The notes under the pieces are model-generated. The model had not been told where the DNA came from and did no database searches. It was given only the letters and a program-made list of their open reading frames with translations. A stretch of 64,000 nucleotides of DNA from contig CAUSRF010000001.1 in assembly GCA_963534275.1 (NCBI GenBank), positions 560 to 64,559 on the forward strand, given 5' to 3'. This document shows, piece after piece, positions 40,401-50,943 of the stretch. Numbering within the stretch: the stretch's first letter is position 1; every line of letters begins with the position of its first letter. Source of the DNA: an uncultured Streptococcus sp. Lineage in GTDB: Bacteria; Bacillota; Bacilli; Lactobacillales; Streptococcaceae. The translations under genes were made by a program, and so were the position numbers.

Positions 40401-40421
40401 TTGTGTGCTCTTTTTTCGTGC
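40401..40421. repeat. attR core
   Basis: Identical to 2435-2455. Confidence 0.95.
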
Positions 40422-40425
40422 TTTT

Positions 40426-40433
40426 TTCGAATA
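40426..40433 (+). promoter_or_regulatory. ComX (cin) box upstream of dut-radA
   Basis: TTCGAATA (one mismatch to TACGAATA) with upstream T tract. Confidence 0.65.
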
Positions 40434-40478
40434 AATAAGATAGAATAATCTAGAATAAGTGATAATAGAAAAGAGAAG

Positions 40479-40925
40479 ATGATGAAAATTCGTGGTTTTG
40501 AATTGGTTTCGAGTTTTACAGACGAAAATTTATTACCGAAGCGTGAGACGGCTCATGCAGCAGGTTATGACTTAAAGGTTGCGGAACGCACTGTGATTGC
40601 GCCAGGAGAGATTGTTCTCGTTCCAACGGGGGTCAAGGCCTATATGCAACCGACAGAAGTGCTCTATCTCTATGATCGTTCATCAAACCCTCGCAAGAAG
40701 GGTCTAGTCTTGATTAACTCGGTTGGGGTCATTGATGGGGATTATTATGGAAATCCTGGAAATGAGGGACATATTTTTGCGCAGATGAAAAACATTACTA
40801 ATCAGGAAGTGGTTCTTGAAGTTGGGGAACGTGTGGTTCAGGCTGTCTTTGCACCATTTTTAATCGCAGACGGAGATGAGGCAGACGGCGTGCGAACTGG
40901 TGGATTTGGATCAACAGGGCACTAA
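40479..40925 (+). CDS. dut: dUTPase
   Basis: AGYDL, RSS, GVIDGDY, RTGGFGSTG. Confidence 0.97.
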   Translation: MMKIRGFELVSSFTDENLLPKRETAHAAGYDLKVAERTVIAPGEIVLVPTGVKAYMQPTEVLYLYDRSSNPRKKGLVLINSVGVIDGDYYGNPGNEGHIFAQMKNITNQEVVLEVGERVVQAVFAPFLIADGDEADGVRTGGFGSTGH

Positions 40926-40926
40926 G

Positions 40927-41442
40927 ATGAAGATTATCTTTGTACGTCATGGGGAGCCAGATTACCGTGAGTTAGAGGAACGTTCTTATACAGGTTTTGG
41001 GATGGATTTGGCCCCCTTATCTGAGAAGGGACGACAACAAGCTCAGGAACTTTGCCAAAATCCCTTACTACAATCAGCTAACTTACTAGTGACTTCAGCA
41101 GTAACGCGAGCTTTAGAAACGGCTTCTTATGTTTCTTGTGCTACCGGACTTCCTTTGAGAGTGGAGCCTATGTTACACGAATGGCAGGTCTATGAAGCAG
41201 GAATAGAAAACTTTGAAAGAGCTAGATGTCTGTTTTTAGAAAACAAGGGAGAGTTGCTCCCCAATGCCCCTATTCAATATGAGACAGCTGCGGAGATGAA
41301 GTCTCGTTTTCTAGAATGCATGGTTAAGTATCGAGAACATCAGACTGTGGTAGTTGTCGCTCATCGAATGCTCATGCGCCAGTTTGTTCCAAATGAGACC
41401 ATCGATTTTTGCCAAGTGATTGAGTGTGAGGGAGAGATTTAG
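40927..41442 (+). CDS. Histidine phosphatase family protein
   Basis: VRHGE, RALETA, VVAH. Confidence 0.9.
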   Translation: MKIIFVRHGEPDYRELEERSYTGFGMDLAPLSEKGRQQAQELCQNPLLQSANLLVTSAVTRALETASYVSCATGLPLRVEPMLHEWQVYEAGIENFERARCLFLENKGELLPNAPIQYETAAEMKSRFLECMVKYREHQTVVVVAHRMLMRQFVPNETIDFCQVIECEGEI

Positions 41443-41455
41443 AAAGAGGTTTATC

Positions 41456-42817
41456 ATCGCAAAGAAAAAAGCGACATTTGTGTGTCAAAATTGTGAATAT
41501 AATTCACCTAAGTATCTAGGACGCTGTCCAAACTGTGGAGCTTGGTCTTCTTTTGTAGAAGAGATCGAGGTTGTCGAGGTTAAGAATGCGCGTGTGTCTT
41601 TGACAGGTGAAAAAACCAAGCCTATGAAACTGGCTGAAGTAACGTCTATCAATGTCAATCGAACCAAGACGGAGATGGAGGAATTTAATCGTGTACTTGG
41701 AGGTGGAGTGGTACCAGGGAGTCTCGTCCTTATCGGTGGGGATCCAGGAATCGGGAAATCAACCCTTCTCCTACAAGTTTCAACTCAGTTGTCTCAAGTG
41801 GGAACTGTTCTCTATGTCAGTGGGGAGGAGTCTGCCCAGCAAATCAAGCTACGAGCAGAGCGCTTGGGGGATATTGATAGCGAGTTTTATCTCTATGCAG
41901 AGACCAATATGCAGAGTGTTCGAGCTGAGGTAGAGCGTATCCAACCTGACTTTCTCATCATCGACTCTATCCAGACTATTATGTCTCCTGAGATTTCTGG
42001 AGTGCAAGGGTCAGTTTCTCAAGTGCGAGAGGTGACAGCTGAACTCATGCAGCTGGCCAAAACTAATAACATTGCCATCTTTATTGTAGGTCATGTGACT
42101 AAGGAGGGCACTCTGGCTGGTCCGCGTATGTTGGAGCATATGGTGGATACGGTGCTTTACTTTGAAGGGGAACGCCACCATACCTTCCGTATTTTGAGAG
42201 CAGTCAAAAATCGTTTTGGGTCCACTAATGAGATTGGCATCTTTGAGATGCAGTCAGGTGGCTTGGTTGAGGTGCTCAATCCGAGTCAAGTTTTCCTAGA
42301 AGAGCGTTTGGACGGGGCGACTGGCTCATCAATCGTGGTAACCATGGAAGGGACGCGTCCGATTTTGGCGGAGGTTCAAGCCTTGGTGACACCGACCATG
42401 TTTGGAAATGCCAAGCGTACTACGACAGGGCTTGATTTTAATCGTGCGAGTCTGATTATGGCTGTTTTGGAAAAACGGGCAGGGCTTCTCTTGCAAAATC
42501 AGGATGCCTATCTCAAATCTGCCGGTGGTGTCAAATTAGACGAGCCTGCTATTGATTTAGCCGTTGCAGTGGCTATTGCCTCTAGTTACAAGGACAAGCC
42601 AACCAATCCTCAAGAATGCTTTGTAGGAGAGTTAGGCTTGACTGGAGAGATTCGGCGTGTGAATCGTATCGAGCAGCGCATCAATGAAGCTGCTAAACTA
42701 GGCTTTACTAAGATTTATGTACCCAAGAATTCCTTGACAGGCATTACTCCACCTCAAGAAATTCAGGTGATTGGTGTGACGACTATTCAGGAAGTTTTGA
42801 AAAAGGTCTTTGCATAA
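41456..42817 (+). CDS. radA: DNA repair protein RadA (probable ATC start)
   Basis: C4 zinc finger, [26 protein letters not shown] precedes ATC GCA AAG. Confidence 0.95.
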   Translation: MAKKKATFVCQNCEYNSPKYLGRCPNCGAWSSFVEEIEVVEVKNARVSLTGEKTKPMKLAEVTSINVNRTKTEMEEFNRVLGGGVVPGSLVLIGGDPGIGKSTLLLQVSTQLSQVGTVLYVSGEESAQQIKLRAERLGDIDSEFYLYAETNMQSVRAEVERIQPDFLIIDSIQTIMSPEISGVQGSVSQVREVTAELMQLAKTNNIAIFIVGHVTKEGTLAGPRMLEHMVDTVLYFEGERHHTFRILRAVKNRFGSTNEIGIFEMQSGGLVEVLNPSQVFLEERLDGATGSSIVVTMEGTRPILAEVQALVTPTMFGNAKRTTTGLDFNRASLIMAVLEKRAGLLLQNQDAYLKSAGGVKLDEPAIDLAVAVAIASSYKDKPTNPQECFVGELGLTGEIRRVNRIEQRINEAAKLGFTKIYVPKNSLTGITPPQEIQVIGVTTIQEVLKKVFA

Positions 42818-42889
42818 TCCGTGACAAATCCTCTTAAAAATGATAAGATAGGAGAAATATTTGATTATCAAATTTTTGAGGAGGGAATC

Positions 42890-43384
42890 GTGTCGTATTT
42901 TGAACAGTTTATGCAAGCCAATCAGGCTTATGTTGCCCTTCATGGGAAATTAAATCTGCCACTTAAGCCAAAAACCAGAGTAGCTATCGTGACCTGCATG
43001 GACTCGCGGCTACACGTCGCACAAGCTTTAGGTTTGGCACTTGGGGATGCTCATATCTTGCGGAATGCTGGCGGCAGAGTAACAGAGGACATGATTCGTT
43101 CTCTAGTGATCTCCCAGCAACAAATGGGGACAAGAGAGATTGTGGTGTTGCACCATACAGACTGTGGAGCTCAAACCTTTCAAAATGAAAGTTTTCAGGA
43201 ACATTTGAAGCACGAGCTCGGGGTTGATGTGTCTGGTCAAGATTTTTTACCATTCCAGGATGTTGAAGAGAGTGTGAGAGAGGATATGCAGTTGCTTCGA
43301 GAATCTCCACTGATTCCTGATGATGTGGTTATTTCAGGTGCTGTCTATGATGTGGATACAGGAAGTATGAGAGAAGTATACTAA
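42890..43384 (+). CDS. Beta-class carbonic anhydrase
   Basis: CMDSR, RNAGG, HTDCG; GTG start after GGAGG. Confidence 0.93.
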   Translation: MSYFEQFMQANQAYVALHGKLNLPLKPKTRVAIVTCMDSRLHVAQALGLALGDAHILRNAGGRVTEDMIRSLVISQQQMGTREIVVLHHTDCGAQTFQNESFQEHLKHELGVDVSGQDFLPFQDVEESVREDMQLLRESPLIPDDVVISGAVYDVDTGSMREVY

Positions 43385-43597
43385 CTTTGTCTCGAAAAAA
43401 TCTCATCTTAGCATAAAAACTATTGTTAAAATATAGGATTTTTAGTTTTAATATAGCCAATATAAAATAGTATAAAACAAGGGTATAAATGTTTGCTCTT
43501 GTTTTATTTTTGATTGAAAAATAAAGGAAAAAGCGCTACAATGGTAGATGGAAAATGTTGTGACAAAACAAGTGATACATAAATACCGGAGGAAATC

Positions 43598-44566
43598 ATG
43601 TCTTTTTCTGATTTAAAGCTGTTTGCCCTTTCTTCTAATAGAGAATTGGCAGAGCGTGTGGCGCAAGAGATTGGGATAGAGTTGGGGAAATCGACTGTTC
43701 GCCAATTTTCAGATGGGGAGATTCAGGTCAACATCGAAGAATCAATCCGTGGGAAACACGTCTTTATCCTACAATCAACGAGTTCACCTGTAAATGATAA
43801 TCTACTTGAAATTTTGATCATGGTGGACGCCTTGAAGCGGGCTAGTGCAGAATCTGTCAATGTTGTTATGCCTTACTATGGCTATGCACGTCAGGATAGA
43901 AAAGCGCGAGCGCGTGAGCCAATTACTGCAAAACTCGTTGCAAACATGCTAGAAGTTGCTGGAGTAGATCGTTTGTTGACGATTGATTTGCACGCTGCAC
44001 AGATTCAGGGATTCTTTGATATTCCTGTAGATCACTTGATGGGTGCTCCATTGATCGCGGACTATTTTGAACGTCGTGGGATGGTTGGTTCTGACTATGT
44101 GGTTGTCAGTCCAGACCATGGTGGGGTGACTCGTGCTCGTAAATTGGCAGAGTTTTTGAAAACTCCGATTGCGATTATTGACAAACGCCGTAGTGTAGAC
44201 AAGATGAATACCAGTGAAGTGATGAACATTATCGGTAAGGTAGAAGGCAAGACTTGTATCTTGATTGACGATATGATCGATACAGCTGGAACTATTTGTC
44301 ATGCGGCGGATGCACTTGCTGAAGCAGGTGCTGTTGAAGTTTACGCAAGTTGTACGCACCCAGTTCTTTCAGGTCCAGCTATGGACAATATCCAAAAATC
44401 AGCTATTAAAAAATTGGTTGTTTTGGATACCATCTACCTACCAGAAGAGCGCTTGATTGATAAGATTGAACAAATCTCGATTGCCCACCTCTTAGGAGAT
44501 GCCATCGTTCGCATCCACGAAAAACGCCCTCTTTCTCCTCTATTTTGTATTGAGAAAAAGATTTAA
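43598..44566 (+). CDS. prs: Ribose-phosphate pyrophosphokinase
   Basis: [32 protein letters not shown]. Confidence 0.97.
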   Translation: MSFSDLKLFALSSNRELAERVAQEIGIELGKSTVRQFSDGEIQVNIEESIRGKHVFILQSTSSPVNDNLLEILIMVDALKRASAESVNVVMPYYGYARQDRKARAREPITAKLVANMLEVAGVDRLLTIDLHAAQIQGFFDIPVDHLMGAPLIADYFERRGMVGSDYVVVSPDHGGVTRARKLAEFLKTPIAIIDKRRSVDKMNTSEVMNIIGKVEGKTCILIDDMIDTAGTICHAADALAEAGAVEVYASCTHPVLSGPAMDNIQKSAIKKLVVLDTIYLPEERLIDKIEQISIAHLLGDAIVRIHEKRPLSPLFCIEKKI

Positions 44567-44685
44567 TCTTTCACTTAAAATAGATAGTTCTCCTAGCAGG
44601 TTTCTTTTCTTGCTGGGAGATTTTTGTAGTCAAAATCTGCAAACCCTTTCATAATATGCTATACTGATGAAAAAGGAGGATTTCT

Positions 44686-45123
44686 ATGAGCCAAGAATTT
44701 ATCAATCCAAGCGATGGTGTGGTCCGTCAGTATCTGGCGACCAGTAAAACGTTAGCGGTAGTGGGTTTGTCTGACCGTGAAGAAACAACTAGCAATCGAG
44801 TGACTAAGGAAATGCAGGCTAGAGGATATAAAATCATTCCAGTCAATCCCAAGCTTGCAGGTGGGGAAATCTTGGGAGAAAAGGCTTATGCGAGTCTAGC
44901 TGAGATTCCTTTCCCTGTGGATATTGTCAATGTATACCGACGTAGCGAGTTTTTACCAGATGTGGCGCGTGATTTTCTCAAGGCTGATGCTAAGATTTTT
45001 TGGGCGCAGCTGGGACTTGAAAGTTTAGAAGCGGAAGAAATATTGCGTGCTGGAGGATGCGACGACATCGTGATGAATCGCTGTATCAAGAGAGAACATA
45101 CTCGTTTAATTCTTGAACAATAA
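44686..45123 (+). CDS. CoA-binding protein
   Basis: AVVGLS, IPVNP, WAQLG, MNRCIK. Confidence 0.88.
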   Translation: MSQEFINPSDGVVRQYLATSKTLAVVGLSDREETTSNRVTKEMQARGYKIIPVNPKLAGGEILGEKAYASLAEIPFPVDIVNVYRRSEFLPDVARDFLKADAKIFWAQLGLESLEAEEILRAGGCDDIVMNRCIKREHTRLILEQ

Positions 45124-45150
45124 AAAGGTAGCCATGGGCTACCTTTTGTG

Positions 45151-46161
45151 TTAGAAAGTACCAATCAATGCTTGCATACCTAGACTGGTAAGGATGATGG
45201 CAATCCAGCAAAGAGCTCCGAGGACAATAGATTTGCCACTGGATCTGACCATGGCTACTAGATTAGTTTTGAGACCGATGGCACTCATGGCCATGATAAT
45301 GAGAAATTTAGATAGTTGTTTGAGAGGGGTGAAGAAGCTACTAGACACACCAAGAGAGGTAAGAAGGGTCGTTAAGAGAGAGGCTAGTATGAAATAAAGG
45401 ATGAAAAGTGGGAAGACCTTTTTTAGTTGGAAATCTTGGCTGTTTTTTTGCTGGCGACTTTGCCAGTAGGAGAGAAAGAGAGTGATGGGAATGATGGCTA
45501 AGGTGCGCGTGAGTTTAACAATGGTTGCAGACTCAAGGGTATTGGTCTGGTAAAGACTGTCCCAGGAGCTGGCGGTGGCCGTTACAGAAGAAGTATCATT
45601 GACCGCAGTTCCTGCAAAGAGGGCGAAGCCTTCATTTGATAAGTGAAGCCAGGTTCCCAAGGCCGGAAAGATGAGTGCCGCCAAGACATTGAAGAAAAAG
45701 ATAACGGAAATGGCTTGGGCGACTTCTTTTTCCTTGGCATGGATAACGGGTGCTGTCGCAGCAATGGCAGAGCCACCACAGATAGAAGAACCCACTCCAA
45801 TCAAGGTAGCCAGTTTTGTATCCAGTGAAAAGAATCGCTGGAAGAGGTAGGCGACAATCAAAGCTATTGAAATGGTGGACAGGATGACAGGGAGCGAAGA
45901 TTGCCCAACCGCGAATACTTGCGAGATATTGAGACCAAAACCAAGCAAAACAACGGCATATTGGAGCAATTTTTTAGAACTAAAGGTTAATCCAGCATCC
46001 AGTTGTTTATAAGACGAGAGAAAGGGATGTAGGAGCATTCCCGCAAAAATAGCAAAGACAGGTGCACCCACGACTGGGAAAAATCCTCCTAGAAACCAAG
46101 AAATGATTGAAATGAGAAGGCAGGCCAAGATTCCTGCTCCATTTTTTGATAAAAATGACAT
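45151..46161 (-). CDS. YeiH-family membrane protein
   Basis: [25 protein letters not shown]; many TM helices. Confidence 0.88.
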   Translation of the reverse strand: MSFLSKNGAGILACLLISIISWFLGGFFPVVGAPVFAIFAGMLLHPFLSSYKQLDAGLTFSSKKLLQYAVVLLGFGLNISQVFAVGQSSLPVILSTISIALIVAYLFQRFFSLDTKLATLIGVGSSICGGSAIAATAPVIHAKEKEVAQAISVIFFFNVLAALIFPALGTWLHLSNEGFALFAGTAVNDTSSVTATASSWDSLYQTNTLESATIVKLTRTLAIIPITLFLSYWQSRQQKNSQDFQLKKVFPLFILYFILASLLTTLLTSLGVSSSFFTPLKQLSKFLIIMAMSAIGLKTNLVAMVRSSGKSIVLGALCWIAIILTSLGMQALIGTF

Positions 46162-46310
46162 ATAAACCTCCGAAAATAAGCACTTATTATTATAGTCCTA
46201 TCGAGAAGAAAAGTAAAATAGAAAGTAAAAAATGCAGGTTTTAGGTGGATTTTGCGGTCAGGGAGCTTTTGTAGTATAATAGAAATACGTTTTGAAAGTA
46301 GGAGGTATCT

Positions 46311-47480
46311 ATGGACTTAACTAAGCGCTTTAATAAACAATTAGACAAGATTCAAGTGTCCTTGATTCGTCAGTTTGACCAGGCTATTTCAGAGATTCCA
46401 GAGGTCTTGCGTTTGACCTTGGGGGAACCTGATTTTACAACGCCAGATCATGTCAAGAAGGCAGCCAAGCGAGCCATTGACCAGAACCAATCCTACTATA
46501 CAGGGATGAGTGGTCTACTGACTCTACGTCAGGCAGCTAGTGACTTTGTTAAGGAAAAATACCAACTGGACTATGCTCCTGAAAATGAAATATTGGTTAC
46601 AATTGGGGCGACAGAGGCTTTATCTGCTACTTTGACGGCTATTTTGGAAGAGGGAGACAAGGTACTCTTGCCAGCCCCTGCCTATCCAGGATATGAGCCG
46701 ATTGTCAATCTAGTTGGGGCAGAGATTGTCGAGATTGATACAACTGAAAATGGTTTTGTCTTGACCCCTGAAATGTTGGAAAAGGCTATTTTGGAGCAAG
46801 GGGACAAGCTCAAAGCAGTTATTCTCAACTATCCAGCTAATCCGACAGGAATTACCTATAGTCGAGAGCAGTTGGAAGCTTTGGCAGACGTTTTACGCAA
46901 GTATGAGATTTTCGTTGTCTGTGATGAGGTTTACTCAGAATTGACCTACACAGGCGAAACCCATGTATCTCTGGGAACTATGTTGAGAGATCAGGCTATT
47001 ATCATCAATGGCTTATCTAAGTCTCATGCTATGACTGGTTGGCGTTTAGGTTTTATCTTTGCTCCTGCAGCTTTCACAGCTCAGTTAATCAAGAGTCACC
47101 AATATTTGGTTACTGCTGCAAATACCATGGCTCAACATGCTGCGGTGGAGGCCTTAACAGCTGGTAAAAGCGATGCAGAGCCTATGAAGAAGGAATACAT
47201 CCAGCGTCGAGATTATATTATCGAGAAAATGACTGCTCTTGGTTTTGAAATTATCAAACCAGACGGTGCCTTCTATATCTTTGCCAAGATTCCAGTAGGT
47301 TACAATCAAGACTCCTTTGCCTTTCTCAAGGATTTTGCCCAGAAGAAGGCTGTTGCTTTTATCCCTGGTGCTGCCTTTGGGCGTTACGGAGAAGGCTATG
47401 TTCGTCTGTCTTATGCAGCCAGCATGGAAACGATCAGAGAGGCCATGAAACGACTTGAGGAGTACATGAGAGAAGCATGA
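46311..47480 (+). CDS. Class I/II PLP-dependent aminotransferase
   Basis: [25 protein letters not shown]. Confidence 0.93.
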   Translation: MDLTKRFNKQLDKIQVSLIRQFDQAISEIPEVLRLTLGEPDFTTPDHVKKAAKRAIDQNQSYYTGMSGLLTLRQAASDFVKEKYQLDYAPENEILVTIGATEALSATLTAILEEGDKVLLPAPAYPGYEPIVNLVGAEIVEIDTTENGFVLTPEMLEKAILEQGDKLKAVILNYPANPTGITYSREQLEALADVLRKYEIFVVCDEVYSELTYTGETHVSLGTMLRDQAIIINGLSKSHAMTGWRLGFIFAPAAFTAQLIKSHQYLVTAANTMAQHAAVEALTAGKSDAEPMKKEYIQRRDYIIEKMTALGFEIIKPDGAFYIFAKIPVGYNQDSFAFLKDFAQKKAVAFIPGAAFGRYGEGYVRLSYAASMETIREAMKRLEEYMREA

Positions 47481-48247
47481 TTCAGTCTATCACGAGTCAA
47501 GGCTTGGTACTCTACAATCGTAACTTTCGGGAGGATGATAAGCTAGTCAAGATCTTCACCGAGCAGGCTGGGAAGCGCATGTTTTTTGTGAAACACGCTG
47601 GTCAATCTAAACTAGCTCCTGTTATTCAGCCCTTGGTACTAGCTCGTTTTCTCCTGCGAATCAATGATGACGGACTCAGTTACATTGAGGACTATCATGA
47701 GGTCATGACCTTTCCCAAGATCAATAGTGACCTCTTTGTCATGGCTTATGCGACTTATGTTGCGGCTCTTGCAGATGCTAGTTTGCAGGATAATCAGCAG
47801 GATGCTCCCTTGTTTGCCTTCTTGAGAAAGACTCTAGAGTTGATGGAAGAGGGCTTGGATTATCAAGTTTTGACCAATATTTTTGAAATTCAAATCTTGA
47901 CCCGATTTGGAATCAGCCTCAATTTTAATGAGTGTGTCTTTTGCCATCGGGTAGGTCAGGCCTTTGACTTTTCTTTCAAATATGGAGCCTGCCTCTGTCC
48001 AGACCATTATCATGAGGACGAGAAACGTTGCCATCTGAATCCCAACATCCCTTATCTGCTCAATCAATTTCAAGCCATTGATTTTGAGACCTTGGAGACT
48101 ATTTCGCTCAAGCCTGAAATCAAGCAAGAGCTACGCCAATTTATGGATCAACTCTACGAAGAGTACGTAGGGATTCACCTAAAATCAAAGAAATTTATTG
48201 ATTCCCTATCCGACTGGGGACAATTACTAAAAGAGGAAGACAAATGA
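47477..48247 (+). CDS. recO: DNA repair protein RecO
   Basis: N-terminal OB fold ([12 protein letters not shown]), CVFC..CPDH; upstream of plsX. Confidence 0.93.
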   Translation: MIQSITSQGLVLYNRNFREDDKLVKIFTEQAGKRMFFVKHAGQSKLAPVIQPLVLARFLLRINDDGLSYIEDYHEVMTFPKINSDLFVMAYATYVAALADASLQDNQQDAPLFAFLRKTLELMEEGLDYQVLTNIFEIQILTRFGISLNFNECVFCHRVGQAFDFSFKYGACLCPDHYHEDEKRCHLNPNIPYLLNQFQAIDFETLETISLKPEIKQELRQFMDQLYEEYVGIHLKSKKFIDSLSDWGQLLKEEDK

Positions 48248-49236
48248 AAAAAATCGCAGTAGATGCTATGGGGGGCGATTACGCACCTCAAGCCATCGTT
48301 GAGGGTGTCAATCAAGCCCTAGCTGACTTTTCAGATATTGAGATTCAGCTTTACGGAGATGAAAGCAAAATCAAGCAATATCTAACAGCGACAGATCGTG
48401 TCAGCATTATCCATACAGATGAGAAAATTGACTCAGATGATGAGCCTACAAAAGCTATCCGTAAGAAGAAAAATGCCAGTATGGTATTAGCAGCTAAGGC
48501 AGTCAAAGAGGAAGAAGCAGACGCTATCCTCTCTGCAGGCAACACAGGTGCCTTGTTGGCAGCAGGATTTTTCATCGTGGGTCGTATTAAGAATATCGAC
48601 CGTCCTGGACTCATGTCTACCTTGCCGACTATCGATGGAAGAGGCTTTGACATGCTGGATCTCGGTGCCAATGCAGAAAACACAGTCCATCACCTCCACC
48701 AATACGCCGTTCTAGGTTCCTTCTATGCCAAGAATGTTCGTGGGATTGCAAAACCACGTGTTGGTTTGCTCAACAACGGAACAGAAAGTAGCAAGGGAGA
48801 TCCGCTTCGTAAGGAAACATACGACTTGCTAATAGCTGATGAAAGTTTGAACTTTATCGGAAACGTGGAAGCGCGTGATTTGATGAATGGAGTTGCTGAT
48901 GTAGTCGTAACAGATGGTTTCACGGGAAACGCTGTGCTCAAATCTATCGAAGGGACAGCCATGGGCATCATGGGCTTGCTTAAGACAGCCATTACAGGTG
49001 GTGGCCTTCGAGCGAAGCTAGGTGCTCTTCTCCTTAAGGATAGTTTGAAAGGTTTGAAAAAACAGCTCAACTATTCAGATGTTGGAGGAGCAGTCTTGTT
49101 TGGTGTCAAAGCACCTGTTGTTAAGACTCATGGATCAAGTGATGCCAAGGCTGTGTACAGTACGATTCGTCAGATTCGTACCATGCTAGAAACAGACGTA
49201 GTTGCCCAAACTGCGCGTGAATTTTCAGGAGAATAA
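48244..49236 (+). CDS. plsX: Phosphate acyltransferase
   Basis: [27 protein letters not shown]. Confidence 0.96.
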   Translation: MKKIAVDAMGGDYAPQAIVEGVNQALADFSDIEIQLYGDESKIKQYLTATDRVSIIHTDEKIDSDDEPTKAIRKKKNASMVLAAKAVKEEEADAILSAGNTGALLAAGFFIVGRIKNIDRPGLMSTLPTIDGRGFDMLDLGANAENTVHHLHQYAVLGSFYAKNVRGIAKPRVGLLNNGTESSKGDPLRKETYDLLIADESLNFIGNVEARDLMNGVADVVVTDGFTGNAVLKSIEGTAMGIMGLLKTAITGGGLRAKLGALLLKDSLKGLKKQLNYSDVGGAVLFGVKAPVVKTHGSSDAKAVYSTIRQIRTMLETDVVAQTAREFSGE

Positions 49237-49240
49237 AAAG

Positions 49241-49477
49241 ATGACAGAAAAAGAAATTTTTGACCGTATTGTAACCATTATCCAAGAGCGACAGGGAGAA
49301 GACTTTGTCGTGACAGAAGCTTTGAGTTTGAAAGACGACCTTGATGCAGACTCAGTGGACTTGATGGAGTTCGTCTTGACGTTAGAAGATGAATTTGGTA
49401 TCGAAATCAGTGATGAGGAAATTGACCAACTTCAAAGTGTGGCAGATGTGGTAGCGATTATTAAAGGTAAGATATAA
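49241..49477 (+). CDS. Acyl carrier protein (plsX-linked copy)
   Basis: DLDADSVDLME; terminator CAACATG..CATGTTG-T tract at 49485-49510. Confidence 0.93.
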   Translation: MTEKEIFDRIVTIIQERQGEDFVVTEALSLKDDLDADSVDLMEFVLTLEDEFGIEISDEEIDQLQSVADVVAIIKGKI

Positions 49478-49544
49478 CCAAAATCAACATGCAAGTCATG
49501 TTGTTTTTTTGTTTGCAGAAAAAAGAGAAACTTTTAGTAAAAAT

Positions 49545-49552
49545 TACGAATA
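49545..49552 (+). promoter_or_regulatory. ComX (cin) box
   Basis: Perfect TACGAATA; variants TTCGAATG (49667) and CTCGAATA (49790) at the same place in the next two units. Confidence 0.8.
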
Positions 49553-49583
49553 AAGAGATGAGAAAGAAAAAGGAGGAATGTTT

Positions 49584-49634
49584 ATGTACATGCCAATCTT
49601 GTATCCATGGTTAATCAAGTGGTTTTTAAAATAA
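49584..49634 (+). CDS. Micro-peptide 1, MYMPILYPWLIKWFLK
   Basis: AGGAGG RBS 7 nt upstream; paralog of the next two. Confidence 0.7.
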   Translation: MYMPILYPWLIKWFLK

Positions 49635-49707
49635 AAATGAATGAATTGTTCGTTTTCGAATTGTTTTTCGAATGGATAAGTGAGAAGAAAAGGAAGGAGA
49701 CTACGCG

Positions 49708-49758
49708 ATGTATTTACCAATCTTATTGCCATGGTTTATCAAATGGTATTTGAAATAA
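49708..49758 (+). CDS. Micro-peptide 2, MYLPILLPWFIKWYLK
   Basis: AAGGAG RBS; 12/16 identical to peptide 1, with synonymous codon changes. Confidence 0.7.
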   Translation: MYLPILLPWFIKWYLK

Positions 49759-49829
49759 ATGAAATTTACCTGTTCATTTTAAATCACTTCTCGAATAGAT
49801 AAGTGAGAAGAACAGGAAGGAGAGAAAAA

Positions 49830-49880
49830 ATGATTTCAGTTATTTTTCCAATCTGGTTTTTAAAATGGTTTAAAGCCTAG
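49830..49880 (+). CDS. Micro-peptide 3, MISVIFPIWFLKWFKA
   Basis: AAGGAG RBS; same length, W9/K12/W13 conserved. Confidence 0.65.
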   Translation: MISVIFPIWFLKWFKA

Positions 49881-49920
49881 AGACCGTAAACTAAAAAAAT
49901 AAAAATAAAGGAGAAAAAAG

Positions 49921-50109
49921 ATGACAAACTTTGACAAAATGGAACAAAACTTTGTAGCTCTTACAGAAGAAGAGTTGATGGATGTGGATGGGGGAGCATG
50001 GCCGATTGTAGCTTGGGTGATTGCTAATCCTGTGACAGCAGCTAAAATTGCTGGTGGAATTACTGCAGCAGGAATTGCAGGTTATAATTATGTGACGGGT
50101 AGATGGTAA
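49921..50109 (+). CDS. Double-glycine class II bacteriocin, peptide A (CibA-like leader)
   Basis: MTNFD..LTEEELMDVDGG leader; Gly/Ala-rich hydrophobic mature part. Confidence 0.88.
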   Translation: MTNFDKMEQNFVALTEEELMDVDGGAWPIVAWVIANPVTAAKIAGGITAAGIAGYNYVTGRW

Positions 50110-50126
50110 TAGAAGGAGGAGATGAT

Positions 50127-50294
50127 ATGGAAAAATCTATTTTAGAATTTGAAACAATGACTGATACGGACTTGCAGGAAATTCAAGGGGGAGCCTTTCC
50201 CCTTCTTATCCCTGTGGCAGTCGGTTTTGTAAAAGGATTTGTGTATACAGGTGGAGCTATTTTAACAACTCGAGCACTCTTTTCAGGTAAATAG
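50127..50294 (+). CDS. Double-glycine class II bacteriocin, peptide B
   Basis: FETMTDTDLQEIQGG leader; GxxxG in mature part; AGGAGG RBS. Confidence 0.85.
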   Translation: MEKSILEFETMTDTDLQEIQGGAFPLLIPVAVGFVKGFVYTGGAILTTRALFSGK

Positions 50295-50303
50295 GAGTCT
50301 ACT

Positions 50304-50492
50304 ATGAAAAAAATCTTATTAGGATTTGCTGAGGGGTATTTTGTCGTATCGATCATTCTTTATATCGCAACGTATATGATTATGAAAAATCCGATCAATA
50401 CCCTGTTTTATCCAGAAACCTATCCAATTCTGCTTGGTCTGTTTTATGTAGGATACAAGTACAAAACAAAAGAAAGTACGATTGGGAATTGA
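50304..50492 (+). CDS. Putative bacteriocin immunity protein 1
   Basis: 62 aa, two TM segments, basic tail. Confidence 0.7.
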   Translation: MKKILLGFAEGYFVVSIILYIATYMIMKNPINTLFYPETYPILLGLFYVGYKYKTKESTIGN

Positions 50493-50516
50493 TGGACCAT
50501 CAGATTGGAGTTTGAG

Positions 50517-50699
50517 ATGAAAGTTGTTCAATTACTAGGAAAAACTTGGCTAGAGACCACTGTATTATTTAGCTCGATGGCTTATCTAATTATTAGAATC
50601 GTGGCTGATGTAAACAAAATAAATCTACCTACGATTTCCTTGTTTTTAGTGGTTTTTATTTTACTGTGTCGGGGCCAAGGAGAAAGAAAAGGAGAATAG
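50517..50699 (+). CDS. Putative immunity protein 2
   Basis: 60 aa, two TM segments. Confidence 0.55.
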   Translation: MKVVQLLGKTWLETTVLFSSMAYLIIRIVADVNKINLPTISLFLVVFILLCRGQGERKGE

Positions 50700-50700
50700 A

Positions 50701-50890
50701 ATGAATAGGATTGTAAAATATTTTCTACTATATTATTTTTCTATTTTTAATGAATATTTTCAACTTTACGATTCTAGCAACCCTGGGATTTCAGCTGACA
50801 ATGAGTGAAAAGAGTTATATTGTACCACCGCTGTTTTCGATTATCGTTTTGTACATGATTGACAAAAGAATTAGGAAGAAAAAGAAATAA
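50701..50890 (+). pseudogene. Putative immunity protein 3, frameshifted
   Basis: AAGGAG RBS; MNRIVKYFLL continues in another frame as IIFLFLMNIF..DKRIRKKKK*; 190 nt span. Confidence 0.6.
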
Positions 50891-50943
50891 ATATATATTT
50901 TAGGTAGGACGTTTGTTCTACCTATTTTTATTTAGGGAAAAGT

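Larger units (their letters stand above)
2435..40421. mobile_element. Prophage, apparently intact, ~38.0 kb, siphovirus-type
   Basis: Flanking 21-bp direct repeats; integration, immunity, replication, packaging, head, tail and lysis modules in canonical order. Confidence 0.96.

Noticed and set aside
49558..49614. Alternative-frame Cys-rich ORF MRKKKEECLCTCQSCIHG, resembling a RiPP precursor
   Set aside because: No RBS, not conserved in the other two units, no modifying enzyme nearby
49544..49732. 62-aa minus-strand ORF in the track
   Set aside because: Shadow of the plus-strand peptide units; no clear RBS
49545..49880. CRISPR array or ComS/SHP pheromone reading of the tandem units
   Set aside because: Units are ~123 bp, divergent and coding; no cas genes, no adjacent Rgg/ComR regulator, no adjacent WW motif
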